This document shows positions 25,059-38,749 of a stretch of DNA of 64,000 nt, one piece after another. The DNA comes from Octopus vulgaris (lineage: Eukaryota), in contig OX597828.1 of NCBI GenBank assembly GCA_951406725.2, positions 71,610,001 through 71,674,000 of the forward strand, read 5' to 3'. Position numbers and translations under genes: made by a program. The notes beneath the pieces are model-generated. The model was not told the DNA's origin. It saw nothing but the letters and a program-made list of their open reading frames with translations, and made no database searches. The first letter of the stretch is position 1; every line of letters begins with the position of its first letter.

Positions 25059-25553
25059 TCTTTCTAGAATGATGAGAAGATGAAAGTCACTTATTTCGAC
25101 CCTTGTTTTTCATTGGTACTTTATTTTATCGACCCCGAAAAAATAAAGTACCAATGTCTGTCTGCCTGATTGCCTGCCTGCCTGCCTGTCTGTCTACCTG
25201 TCTGTCCGCATGCATGCCTGCCTGCCTGTCTGTCTGTCTGCCGGACAGTTTGTCTATCTTATTAAGGAATATGGGCAAGCAGCTAAGGTGTTGCATTTAC
25301 AGTCACAAGATTGTGGTTTCAATTCCAGGATACGGTGGTTGCGTTTCTCGAGCAAACCAATTCCTTTCACGTAGTTCCATTCCATTCTGCTGGCAAGAAA
25401 TGAGTTAATCCAGCGATAGACTGACACACCATTTCCAGGGAATGTTGGCCTAATCGCCTAGCTCACAAGGTGGCTTCATTCAAGAGTTACAACTCAAGGA
25501 ATCGTATAGTGACCAGCGGTGTAGAACAGCATTCGATAGTTTGGTCAATATAG

Positions 25554-25615
<62 letters not shown>

Positions 25616-25827
25616 ATACATACGCACACACCCACACACACACACACACTCATACATACGCACACACCCACACACACACACACACAAGTACGTACGTACG
25701 TATGTATGTATGTCATTATTCAGTTTATTTCAAGATCTCTTGCCAATAGAAAAAGAGCCGGTTTCTAACCGAGATCCAAGACTCCTTCATTGGAATTTCA
25801 ACATCAACAACAATGGTACTTTTATTT

Positions 25828-25961
25828 GTATGTATGTATGTATGTATGTATGTATGTATGTATGTATGTATGTATGTATGTATGTATGTATGTATGTATG
25901 TATGTACGTATGTAGCATGTATGTATGTATGTATGCATTTATGCATGCATGTATGTATGTA

Positions 25962-25992
<31 letters not shown>

Positions 25993-26650
25993 ATATATGT
26001 ATGTATGTATGTATGTGTGTGTATGTATGTATGTATGTGTGTGTGTATGTATGTATGTGTGTATGTATGTATGTATGTATGCATGTATGTATGTATGCAT
26101 GTATGCATGCATGCATGTATGTATGTATGTGTGTGTGTGTATATGTATGTATGTATGTATTTATGTAAGTATGTATGCATGTATGCATGCATGTATGTAT
26201 CTATGTATGTATGTATGCATGTATGTATGTGTGTGTGTATGTATGTATGCATATATGCATGCATGCATGTATGTATGTATGTATTTATGTATGTATGTAT
26301 GTATGTATGTATTTATGTATGTGTGTATGTATGTATGTATGTATGTGTGTATGTATGTATGCATGTATGTATGTATGTATGTATGTATGCATGCATGTAT
26401 GTATGTATGTATGTGTGTATGTATGTATATATGTATGTATGCATGTATGTATGTATGTATGTATGCATGTATGCATGCATGTATGTATCTATGTATGCAT
26501 GTATGTATGTATGTATGTATGTATGTATGTATGTATGTATGTATGTATGTATGTATGTATGTATTTATGTATGTGTGTATGTATGTATGCATGTATGTAT
26601 ATATGTCTGCTAGCATGCATGTATGTATGTGTGTCATGTATGTGTGTGTG
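25828..26650. repeat. (TATG)n tetranucleotide array
   Basis: Direct inspection. Confidence 0.95.
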
Positions 26651-27487
26651 CGTGTGTGTATACTCTCGTGTCTACGTGCAACTCGTTCCTGCTCGTACCT
26701 GTTTGGTGGTCTCTCGCATAAAGTCTCTCCCTCTTCTCTTTTCGGGTTTTGTTAAAACCGAGGGCAGGGGCTGTGAATGATCCCTTCGTTGTTTCTTCCC
26801 CTGTCTTCTCACCATCGATTATGCTTGCCTCGGTTCTGATCGTTGGTTCCGTCTGCTAACGCCGCCATATTGAAATAAAAAAAAAGCAATGCACCGTGCC
26901 TCGCCAGAAAACACGAAATATGAAATATGAAGAGAATACTTAAAAACAAAAATAAATAAAATGATAAATAAATGTTAAAAAACTAACTTTTCTTCTGTCC
27001 AGGAAACTTAAGGTCTTCGTTAGTCCAAGCTCAAACTTTCCTGAAAGTACTCCATGATTAAAGGAAAATACAAAGAAACGTTTTTTTTTTTATTACGAAA
27101 CCTGGAATACTTTTCCAAGCGGGATCTCTGTGGACGATGATGATAATGATGATGATTTCTAACCAAAGCACAAAACTTGTAGAATAATCAAAATGGTGAT
27201 GAAAATAATAATAATAATAATAATAATGACAACAACAACAACGACGATGACAACAACAACAACAATAACAATTATTTCCACTGGAAAGCACAAGGCCTCA
27301 AATTTGGGGGAAGGGATTAAGTCGATTACATCGATCCTAGTGTTTCACTGGTACTTAATTTATCGACCCCTTATCGGGGTCGACAAATTTTGAACTCAAA
27401 ACGTAGCGACGGGCGAAATACCATTAAGCATTTCCTATAGCGTACTAACGATTCTGTCCGCTTACCGCTTTTATAATAATAATGATG

Positions 27488-27537
<50 letters not shown>

Positions 27538-27544
27538 AATGATG

Positions 27545-27608
<64 letters not shown>

Positions 27609-27622
27609 TGATAATGATGATG

Positions 27623-27753
<131 letters not shown>

Positions 27754-27754
27754 T

Positions 27755-27787
<33 letters not shown>

Positions 27788-27790
27788 AAT

Positions 27791-27947
27791 AGGGGCTGCA
27801 ATAAGGGTGGAGCACTTGCAGAAAACAGCACTGCTTGGAACCGGTCGAATACTCCGGGAGGTGCTAGAAAAAGGTGTTACTTTAGTTCACTGGTAGTGAA
27901 CAGCTGACACTGTAGTACATCTCCAGTGTTAGAAACTGTGCAAATGC

Positions 27948-27948
<1 letters not shown>
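27791..27948 (+). mobile_element. Short 3' end of an R4/Dong-like element embedded in (TAA)n
   Basis: VEHLQKTALLGTGRILREVLEK; (AAT)n on both sides. Confidence 0.75.
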
Positions 27949-28031
<83 letters not shown>

Positions 28032-28229
28032 AATAGTTTCAAATCTTACCACAAGGGCAGCGATTTCGGGGGAGGGTATGAGTCGATTACATCGACCCCA
28101 GTATTCAACTGGTACTTTATTTTATCGGCCACGAAAGGATGAAAGGAAAAGTCGACCTCGGTGGAATTTGAACTCAGAACGTAGGGACGGGCGAAATACC
28201 GCTAAGCATTTCGTATATAAAAAAATGCT

Positions 28230-28542
28230 CTGATGTTTGAATAATTCACCTCTGGAAACATAGGTGTTTCGTTCAACATCCTTAAACAACTCTTATTCAG
28301 GAACCTTTTGAGCGGGATGGGTTACTCGACCAGAAGAAAATTCTAACTGGACCCCACCTGCAAGGTCATGTGCTGTTAATCTTGATATGAGATCACCATG
28401 TCGCGCACATATGGTTGTGATGCATGTGCCTGGTGTACCCTTATCACTGGGGTAGTCATGATGAATATACTGGGCTTCATACATTTTACCCCAGTGTCAC
28501 TTTGATGGCATGCACTGCTCTATCACTCAATAATAATAATAA
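28230..28542 (+). mobile_element. Probable LINE 3'UTR fragment ending in (TAA)n
   Basis: GC-richer block ending CACTCAATAATAATAAT; family not identified. Confidence 0.4.
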
Positions 28543-28944
28543 TGGCTGTGTGGTAAGTAGCTTGCTAATCCACCACATGGTTCCGGGTTCAGTCCCACTG
28601 CGTGGCATCTTGGGCAAGTGTCTTCTGCTATCGCCCCGGGCCGACCAATGCCTTGTGAGTGGTTTTGGTAGACGGAAACTGAAGGAAGCCTGTCGTATAT
28701 ATGTATATATATATACGTATGTGTGTATGTGTTTGTGTGTCTGTGTTTATCCCCCTAGCATTGCTTGACAACCGATGCTGGTGTGTTTACGTCCCCGTCA
28801 CTTAGCGGTTCGGCAAAAGAGACCGATAGAATAAGTACTGGGCTTACAAAGGATAAGACCCGGGGTCGATTTGCTCGACTAAAGGCGGTGCTCCAGTATG
28901 GCCGCAGTCAAATGACTGAAACAAGTAAAAGAGTAAAAAGAGAG
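28543..28944 (+). mobile_element. tRNA-derived SINE family B, near full length
   Basis: A box TGGCTGTGTGG and B box GGTTCAGTCCC; multiple copies in the window; A-rich tail. Confidence 0.9.
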
Positions 28945-28986
<42 letters not shown>

Positions 28987-29561
28987 TATAAAGATGATGA
29001 TGACGACGATGATGATGATAATAACGATGATGATAATGATGATGATGATGATGATATGAAAAGAAACATAGATATTGCTAAGGATCACCATGAAAAAGAT
29101 ATCGCCTAATCGAAGTATTAGTTAAAAAATGCGAAAATATATCTCAAGAAAATTGTAGAATAATCCAAATGAAAATGAGGAAACAGAAATAAGGTGGGTG
29201 GCAGATTAGAATATAAGTCATCACCATAAAACAGGAGCATTGGAGGATTGCTTAAAAGGACGTACACAGATACAAAAGCCAAACACCAGACACAAACAAC
29301 AGGTACAACTATACACTGCGCATATAATTGGTAAGGTTCTTTCGGCATAATGGAAATAACACACAAAAACTAACAACAAACAGCAAAGATAATAAAAGAC
29401 TGCACTCACCCAAGACTCACAGAGCGGCGCTCGTTCGGACAGAGAACGTAGACAATGAAAATAAAATTACTGTTAAATGCTAATAGTGATGACGATGAAG
29501 ACGAGGAAAAAGCTGCAATCCAATATATGCACACACACACATTTATATAGACACTCACACG

Positions 29562-29609
<48 letters not shown>

Positions 29610-29813
29610 AATTATATAATATATAATTATATTTATATAATTACACACGCACATACACACAAACACACACACATATACGGCGTGCTTCTTTCAGTTTCTG
29701 TCAACCAAAATCCACTCACAAGGCTTTGGTTATTCCGAGGCTATATTAGAAAACACTTGCCCAAGGTGCCATCAGTGGGACTGAACCCGGAATCATATGG
29801 TTGGGAAGCAACT

Positions 29814-29854
<41 letters not shown>

Positions 29855-30015
29855 TGCACACACAGACACACACGCACAGACACACACACGCACACACACA
29901 CACACACCTGCTTGGACATTTATATCCCTCCTCTTACTATAAATACATTCATACACACACACATATATATACATATACATGTACATACATACATATATAT
30001 ATATGTATATATATA

Positions 30016-30065
<50 letters not shown>

Positions 30066-30114
30066 CATACATATATACGTATATTTACATACACACACAC
30101 ACCCATACATATAT

Positions 30115-30662
30115 AATCAAAAATAAGCAACAAGGATATCCAGAGGTAATGCAGTACGATTGTTTCACGCAACTCCATTTAATTGAAGAATTGAACAACC
30201 ATTACATGAATTTAAATGCAGAGCAATCCTCAGCTGCACAAAGACAATTTAATTAAATTAAAATAGATGGACACATTAGTAAAATTTTACCTAAGATCTC
30301 CAAGAAGTTAAGGAGATGGACAAAGAACATTGTTGCTCTTCCTTCCACTTAGAAGCTACAATTTTCTTTGTCTATCTCCTTAACTTGGAGACTTCAGGCA
30401 AAATTATACTAATGTGTCCATCTATTTTAATTAAATTAAATTCTGTCTTTGTGCAGCTGAGGATTGTTCTGCATTTAAATTGATGTAATGGTTGCATTGT
30501 TCAATTAAATGGAGTTGCGTGAAACGATCGTACTGCATTACCTCTGGATATCCTTGACATTTATTTTGATTCTAATCACCTTATTTTGAAATTGTATGGA
30601 TAATACCGTACTAAATTCTGGTGCCTCAACTTAAGTACCATATTCATCTGAATCTAAACTTT
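30115..30662. mobile_element. Inverted pair of hammerhead-bearing repeats (Penelope-like inverted pLTR arrangement)
   Basis: Arms at ~30116-30328 and ~30363-30571 are reverse complements; the right unit continues to 30662. Confidence 0.85.
30451..30538 (+). ncRNA. Type I hammerhead ribozyme motif with extended stem II
   Basis: Stem I GTGCAG/CTGCAT; CTGAGGA at 30457-30463; 57-nt hairpin stem II; GAAA at 30521-30524; palindromic stem III ACGATCGT; GTA triplet at 30530-30532. Confidence 0.75.
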
Positions 30663-30667
30663 TGCTG

Positions 30668-30726
<59 letters not shown>

Positions 30727-30738
30727 TTATATATATAT

Positions 30739-31082
30739 ACAACTTATAAACAAGGGCAAAAGAAAATTATTTCTATGCCCATCTGCTGATAACAGACTTT
30801 TAAATCGTCAATTTCCACATATTATTATATACCCACTACAGAAATACATTGCGGTGAAATCGAGGAAAGCCAGCCACCCAGCCACCCAGCCACCCAGCCA
30901 CCCAGCCACCCAGCCACCCAGCCACCCAGCCAACAGAATTCTGTTGGCTTGCTTTCCTCGATTTCAGCACAGCATATTTCTGTAGTGGGTATTTAATGAT
31001 ATGTGGAAATTGACGATTTAAAAGTCTGTTATCAGCATATTGGCATAGAAATAATTTTCTTTTGCCCTTGTTTATAAGTTGT
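30739..31082. mobile_element. Foldback element / MITE with ~130-bp arms and an internal (CAGCCACC)n expansion
   Basis: ACAACTTATAAACAAGGGCAAAAG...CTTTTGCCCTTGTTTATAAGTTGT; central palindrome GCCAACAGAATTCTGTTGGC. Confidence 0.85.
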
Positions 31083-31175
31083 TTATAATTTTAACCTTTA
31101 AATGCTGCCACTTTTTTGATGAAATTTTTTTCTGTAAAAAATCTTCATCCTATATTAGTAGTAGTATTAGTAGTA

Positions 31176-31246
<71 letters not shown>

Positions 31247-31309
31247 CTCAGTGGATCATATATCTGAAAAAGAAGTTCACTCTAAAGGATAGCGTAGAAA
31301 TGTATTTAC

Positions 31310-31913
31310 ATGCAGTTAAATTTATGTCCGGACATTGAGTGACCAATAGCTTCGAATTCGTAAAACCCTTTGCTTCATAGATGAATTGTCAGACTTTAAT
31401 GATAGAAGTCATATAACGTCTCTTCAAACGGGATGTAGAAAACTGTTACGGTCAGTTAACATGTAAAAAAAGATTAATATACTCATTTTGAGCTTTAAAT
31501 AGGACGAATTATCTCCCTCAGACCGGTCTGGTTGAGATATCTTATGGATCTTGAATCTCTTTCAAACTCAAGACACGAGATCTATAGTTCCTGCTCGCAT
31601 TTCTAACGGAACATGCTGCAAGCGCGGGATTCCCCGTTCGTCGATTAGAGTTGGAAAAAGTTATTGCAGACCGGAAACAACCTAAGGGCGAAAACGCCCT
31701 GTTCGCCCTTTAAGTCTATAAGAGTTATCGAAGGGAGATAACTCTTTCTGTTTAATTCACAAATTAACTGACCGAGATGATTTTCTACCTCCAGTTTGAA
31801 GAGAGGTTATATGCCCTCCACCATTAGAGTCTGGCGAGTCGTCTATAAAGCTAAGGGCTTTATGGATGCGAAATAATTGGTCACTCTATTACCGGACATA
31901 TATTTAACTGCAT
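31310..31913. mobile_element. Older MITE with diverged ~150-bp inverted repeats
   Basis: Paired blocks ATGCAGTTAAAT.TATGTCCGG / CCGGACATATATTTAACTGCAT, CTCTTCAAAC / GTTTGAAGAG and CGGTCAGTTAA / TTAACTGACCG. Confidence 0.75.
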
Positions 31914-31929
31914 ATAAGTATTATATGTT

Positions 31930-32148
31930 CTTTTTTGTTTCATTTTATTTGTTACAGTGATATGATTGCGGCCATGCTGGAGCACCGTCTTTAGTCGACA
32001 AATCGACTCCCATGACTTATTCTTTGTGAGCATAGTCTAGCGGTCTCTTATTCTATCGGTCTCTTTTGCCGAACTGCTAAGTTACGGGGACGTAAACACA
32101 CCGGTATTGGTTGTCAAGCATTGGTGGGGGACAAACACAGATACACAA

Positions 32149-32204
<56 letters not shown>

Positions 32205-32366
32205 CTTACTTTTCTCTCAGTTTCCGTCTACCAAATCCACTCACAAGCCTTTGGTCGACCCAAGGCTATAAAAGAAGTCACCTGCTCCAGGTGCCCCGCA
32301 GTGGGACTGAACCCGGAACCATATGGTTGGGAAGCAAGCTACTTACCACACAGCCTCTCCTGCTCC
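31930..32366 (-). mobile_element. SINE family B, near full length
   Basis: Reverse complement of 28543-28944. Confidence 0.85.
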
Positions 32367-32667
32367 TATATATGAATTTTAAAAAAATTTTCAAGAAATT
32401 TTCACAATAGCAAAAGAACAATAATTACTGATGGAAAAGTTCAATAATAAAAGTAGAAAAATAAATGATAAAATTCATTTTTGACTGAAAGACTTTGAGT
32501 TTTACCTGTCATCGTATTCAGCAGGTGAACAGAATTTCTTTCTGATGTATAAATGTGTTTATATACACCGGAATGAAGATGGTTTTGCACTGACGGAAGA
32601 AGGGACGAAACGAAACTGAATATCTCTGTGAAAACGAATATTTATAACCCACATACACATCCACATG

Positions 32668-32725
<58 letters not shown>

Positions 32726-32944
32726 AACTAAAAAACGAAGCCAAATATCAATAAAAACGATTTAAATGTCAAAGGTAAAATAGAATAAAAAAATGTATAA
32801 TAAATAAAAAGACAAGTGCTGTGTGTATCTGCAAGTAACAATTTTATTCAAAAAAGTTTTATCATTTTCATTATTATTGTTATTATTATTAGTGTTATTA
32901 TTCTTATTTCATTTTTCTTTTTTTCTTTCTTTCTTTCAATTAGT

Positions 32945-32975
<31 letters not shown>

Positions 32976-32996
32976 TTTTGGCAGTATGCAATGGGC

Positions 32997-33056
32997 ACAG
33001 CCAATGAAAAGTGAGAAATAAACAGCCAATGAAAATTGTGAATTAACAGCCAATGG
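32997..33056 (+). promoter_or_regulatory. Triple CCAAT box (ACAGCCAATG x3)
   Basis: CCAAT at 33001, 33026 and 33050, each in full NF-Y context AGCCAATG. Confidence 0.4.
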
Positions 33057-33350
33057 AAATTGGAGCATGACAGCGATGTGTCGATTCATTTATGCATCTC
33101 TTCAGAACATATCGATTCTTTAACGAGATTTATCGACCGTCAACAATCCGTTGGTATTACGTCTTCTTGACAGTTGTAAATCTCATGGAAAAAAACCCCA
33201 GAATTCCTACATTCACTCTCAAAGAACAAATAGCAAATAGGAACGCAAAAACGTTATATATATATATATATGTATAATATATATATATATATACAAACAT
33301 ACATACATACATAAATGAATTAAAAAATCAATAAATGTATTTTTGCATAT

Positions 33351-33390
<40 letters not shown>

Positions 33391-33412
33391 GATATATATG
33401 TATACACACATT

Positions 33413-33454
<42 letters not shown>

Positions 33455-33684
33455 CAACACATATTTATGTACAAATATGCCTATTTACATACGCACACAT
33501 AAACACACACACACACGCACACATATATATATACGTATGCGTATATCTAAATTTGGAAAATATTTGTGCATGTATATGTGTATGTATATCTATGTATTTA
33601 TATATAAAGATGTACATACGTATATATATACATACAGACATACATTAATATATATCGTCATATTTATATGCGTATATGTGTTTC

Positions 33685-33728
<44 letters not shown>

Positions 33729-33731
33729 CTG

Positions 33732-33780
<49 letters not shown>

Positions 33781-33830
33781 TTGTGTGTGTGTTACATTTA
33801 CGTATGTATGTATATAGGTATACAAGTATA

Positions 33831-33875
<45 letters not shown>

Positions 33876-34001
33876 TATATAAATTTATATACCTATTTAT
33901 ATACATATATATATATATATACATAATACATACATATATATATAATACATATATACATATATATATACATACATATATATACATATATACATATATATAT
34001 A

Positions 34002-34034
<33 letters not shown>

Positions 34035-34049
34035 TACATATATATATAC

Positions 34050-34093
<44 letters not shown>

Positions 34094-34493
34094 GACATGA
34101 ACCGATTATTTGTATAAGAAATATTGAAATGTATTGCTACTATTTTTTGTTTAATTCAATTAGGCAAAAAAAAAAGGAAAAAGAATTATCAAATAAACAA
34201 ATCCGTAAATAATAAAAATAATAATAAAAAATCTTAGAAGAGAATTCGGAGATGTAATTGAAGAGATGAAATGATTAACATGAGTTGCAATTAGCATACC
34301 ATCTCGTATCCAGAGCAGAAAAATTCAGGAAAAAAAAAAGAAAACTTTCTCTCATACACACGTTAAAAGAAAACCATTTTTTTTGTTTTGTTGAGGTTGT
34401 CATCGAAATAAAAACAATAATAATACTGCTAAAAAGCGTTGTTTGTGTCTCTGAAAATAAAGCGGACCAAAAGAAATGAAATAATGTTTTGAG

Positions 34494-34582
34494 CAAGATG
34501 GCGGACTGTTGATGAATTAGTTTAAGAGAGCTCTTTTCTAGAGGGAGAGAGAGAGAAACGAATAATCTGATCTGACTTCCGG
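34494..34582 (+). promoter_or_regulatory. YY1 + ETS motif pair
   Basis: CAAGATGGCGG at 34494-34504; ACTTCCGG at 34575-34582. Confidence 0.35.
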
Positions 34583-34693
34583 TTCTCTCTGTGCATATGT
34601 GTTTTTGTATGTTAATATACATAAATGTGTGCGTATATTTATACACACACATACACACATATATTTATATGTATATATGTACATACGTACATA

Positions 34694-34753
<60 letters not shown>

Positions 34754-35264
34754 CATTCATACATACGTTCACATATATGTATATATGACTGTGTATGTAT
34801 ATGATTGTGGATGTAGTTTTATATGATGAAGTGTGTCTGAGTGTGTATGTGTTGTTCTATATCTGGTGTGAAGGAATGTATGCTTCTAGAAACTGTTACT
34901 TTGATATTAGGCATACGTGCATGTCAACAAAATGAGACACACACACGCGCACACACACATATATATGCATGTGTCTGAAGAGCCGTTTTATGCCGAAACT
35001 AAACATCATGTAAAAATGCGTAGACGACCTGTTTTTCGAACTATTTTATATGTGTGTGTGTGTGTTTGTATGTGCGTGTGTATGTGTATGTAAACATGTG
35101 TGTGAGAGCCTCTCTGTGTTTGTGTGTGTATGTGTGAGAGAAAGAGAGAGAAAGAGAGAGTGGCTGAATAGGTGTGTTAGTGAGGGATTGTGAATGTATT
35201 ATAGATAAAAATAATATCAACAAGGTGTTATTGAAGAATCTATAGATATATATGTATGTATGTA

Positions 35265-35408
<144 letters not shown>

Positions 35409-35873
35409 TCGAGAGCTGCATTTACCCGATTTTCACAATCGACTGAAAAAAGTAAAAAAACCGAAACGTATAACTAATGTATAGACGAGTACCTTCTTGT
35501 TTCTATTTTTATTTCCCTTCCCTCTGAAATCTTATAAAAAATAAATAAAAAATATCTTCAGTTCTGCACAGTTACACATACTACCTTCAATAAAAGGAAA
35601 GAACCTCCCCCACCCCGTCCCCCCAAAATCCCTGTTGAAACGCTAAAAGTTTATTACTTTCGCACAACTAGTTCACTCCAAGTAAAGAAATAAAATGGCG
35701 GAATATAAAAAATATATATCTACAATACAGAGGAAAAAAACAACATTACAAAACAAAAGAAATAACCTTTTTACTTAATGGATATATTTTTCTAAAATGA
35801 TATATAGTCACGTTCGATGTTCTGTTAAACTCTATCTCTTTGCTTTTGCAATATATTGCTTTCTGTAACATTA

Positions 35874-35943
<70 letters not shown>

Positions 35944-37895
35944 TTATATCTTTTTTCTTTATCGATATTGTGAACGATGGTCTGATGCAAATATTAGAGA
36001 TGATAAATGTGGAATCAGTACTCTCCTATAATTGATATAAAGTGAGGGAGAAAAAAAAAATAAAAAGGCAACACGAATATGTGTAGGAAAAAGGTTGAAA
36101 TGTGGGTGGTGGGGGTGGTAAAAGAGAAAGAGAGAAGAGAGAAGAAAAAGAGAAAAAAATCGGTGTTCAACATAATAACCAATGTTATCGTGATTTTCTT
36201 TTTCTTTAGATATGCTTTTTTTTCCGTGGAAGTTCCATTGTAAAAGACTTCTGTTTAATACCACGACTCTGATGGAACTTTTAGCATGAAAGGTATTGCC
36301 CGTTCCTAACTGTTCGGCTTCATACTTCTACATACATACAAAACGTATATACACACACTCACATACACACAAGCATATATATTTATACATATAATCATAC
36401 ATATATAATATAAATACACACACACACACACACGCACACGCACACACACACACACGCACACGCACACACACATATATATATATATAAAGACACACACACG
36501 TAAATATAAATGTGTGTGTGAGTGTATATATATATAAATATGTGTATACATGCACATATAAATTATAAATTTCACTGAAACAAATATACACACCAGAAAG
36601 TTAAAGAATATCTTTGCAAACCAGATGGTGTTTGGGACAAAGTCTTTGCCAGCTAATCCTGGTTCAGCAACTTTAAAACGAGGCTCAGCCTGCAATGGCT
36701 GACGTATTTAGTTACCAAAGTTTGAAATAAATGAACAAAATGAATTAAATTGTAAACCGAAGAAAATCAGAAAAGAACTTGTTTGTAATTGTTGTTGTTT
36801 AGCTTCGGGTGGTCCCTTGTTAAGTATGACTATGATCAAAGGCATTCCAACCGTGACGATCCTGTCTTTTAATGAATTTGTAAGACTACCTTATGTAATG
36901 TGTGCTTTTCATATTTAAGACAATAATGTGTGATTTGAGGGGTATTTCACTGCTATTTCTAAAAGTTGAACGACTGTGTATAGAGGTTTCCTCGTTGGCT
37001 CATAGAGGCTTGCTGCATACGATATCTTGGTGACGTTAAATTCTGGCAGACGATTATTTTTGCGTGTTTGTGGGGAAACAATTTCAATATACCGTAATAC
37101 TACCTAACACATAATTTCCAAAGCAACTGCTATTGACTAACCAACGTAAGATCCTTAATAAACAAATCACATATACTTATTTACAGTTATTAAAAACTAA
37201 CGAAATCACTTCTGTCTATATATCTGAATCTAGTGTTTTCTGTTCGCTCCTTTATCTTACGAATTCTTTCCTACAGATCTACTCCTCTATTCTTTTCCCA
37301 CCATTTTCTTCTCTTCCACCGCCCTTGCTTCCTCATCTTCCTTTCTATCACATCCTCTTCTTACCCACCTCATCCAGATATCGTCTGTTACTCTCCGTCT
37401 CTCATTATTACTTTCACTTTCTCTCTCTGTCAGTCTCTCCCTCTGTCATTCTATCTTTCTGTTTGTGAATTTTTCTCTCTGCCTGCCTGCCTACCTGAAC
37501 GTCTGTCTCCATCTTTCAGTATATCTGCCGTTCTAGTTCTCTGAATGCTTGTCTATCTCGCAGCCATTCTATCTATTGCCATCGTCTATCTATCTAAATA
37601 TCTCTATCTATCTTTTACACTATGTCTGCCAGTCAATGCTTCTTTATTGCTTGTGTATCTCACATTTGGTCTCTACATAAGCCCTGTCAGTCTGTCTGTC
37701 TGTCTTTCTAAACACCTGTCTTTGTCTATCTTCCAATGTGCTTGCCAATACAAATCTCTTACGCTTATCTCTCTGTAAGTCTATTTATACAGGAATAACA
37801 TGTCCCCTTTGTTACTATTTCTCACTGTTAATCAATCAGTCTTCAAACAAGTGTACTAAATTACTTACAAAGACACACAGACACACACACACACA

Positions 37896-37949
<54 letters not shown>

Positions 37950-38138
37950 CATACATACACATATACACACATATTTATATACTGGCTTTTTATATAAGTT
38001 GACATCAATACCCATTCATTCATTCGGAAATGTGTACACGAATTACAACTTATTTATCTACACACACACGCGCGCGCACACACACGCGCACACACACGCG
38101 CACACACACACACACACACGCACACACACACACACGCG

Positions 38139-38173
<35 letters not shown>

Positions 38174-38194
38174 GCGCACACACGCACACGCACG

Positions 38195-38249
<55 letters not shown>

Positions 38250-38272
38250 GCACACACACGCACACACACACG

Positions 38273-38326
<54 letters not shown>

Positions 38327-38749
38327 TACCTGTGACTTCATTAACAGACACCATACTCACTGATATTAATCTGACCTACCTTCCATCATAATTACCGATT
38401 AAATTTATCGATCTCTGCTGATTCGCAAGAAAAAAACAAAACAAAAAAAAAAGGCAGAACCACTTCGATTACCTTGGCTAATTACAGAACTGTCAGGAAA
38501 CAAGCGAGTTGTTTTGTGTTTCGAAGAAGATGTCTGACAATTGATTTTTTTGTCTTTTATCCTAGATTTTTTTTTCTTAGCTTCCATTTCATTGATCTTC
38601 TGTGTCACAGTACGTTCTTACCAGACAGACAAGCAGACAGCCAGGCGGACAGACAGACAGGAGCACAGACAGCCAGGCGGACAGACAGGCAGCGAGATTG
38701 AAAAGAGACTCAACGTAGATGTTGTAAGTACAGAGTCCCCTGTAGATAT

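Noticed and set aside
26805-26870. Possible first exon MAALADGTNDQNRGKHNR on - with a YY1-like ATGGCGGC and GTGAGA donor
   Set aside because: No compatible downstream coding exon was found in the window, so it is unsupported.
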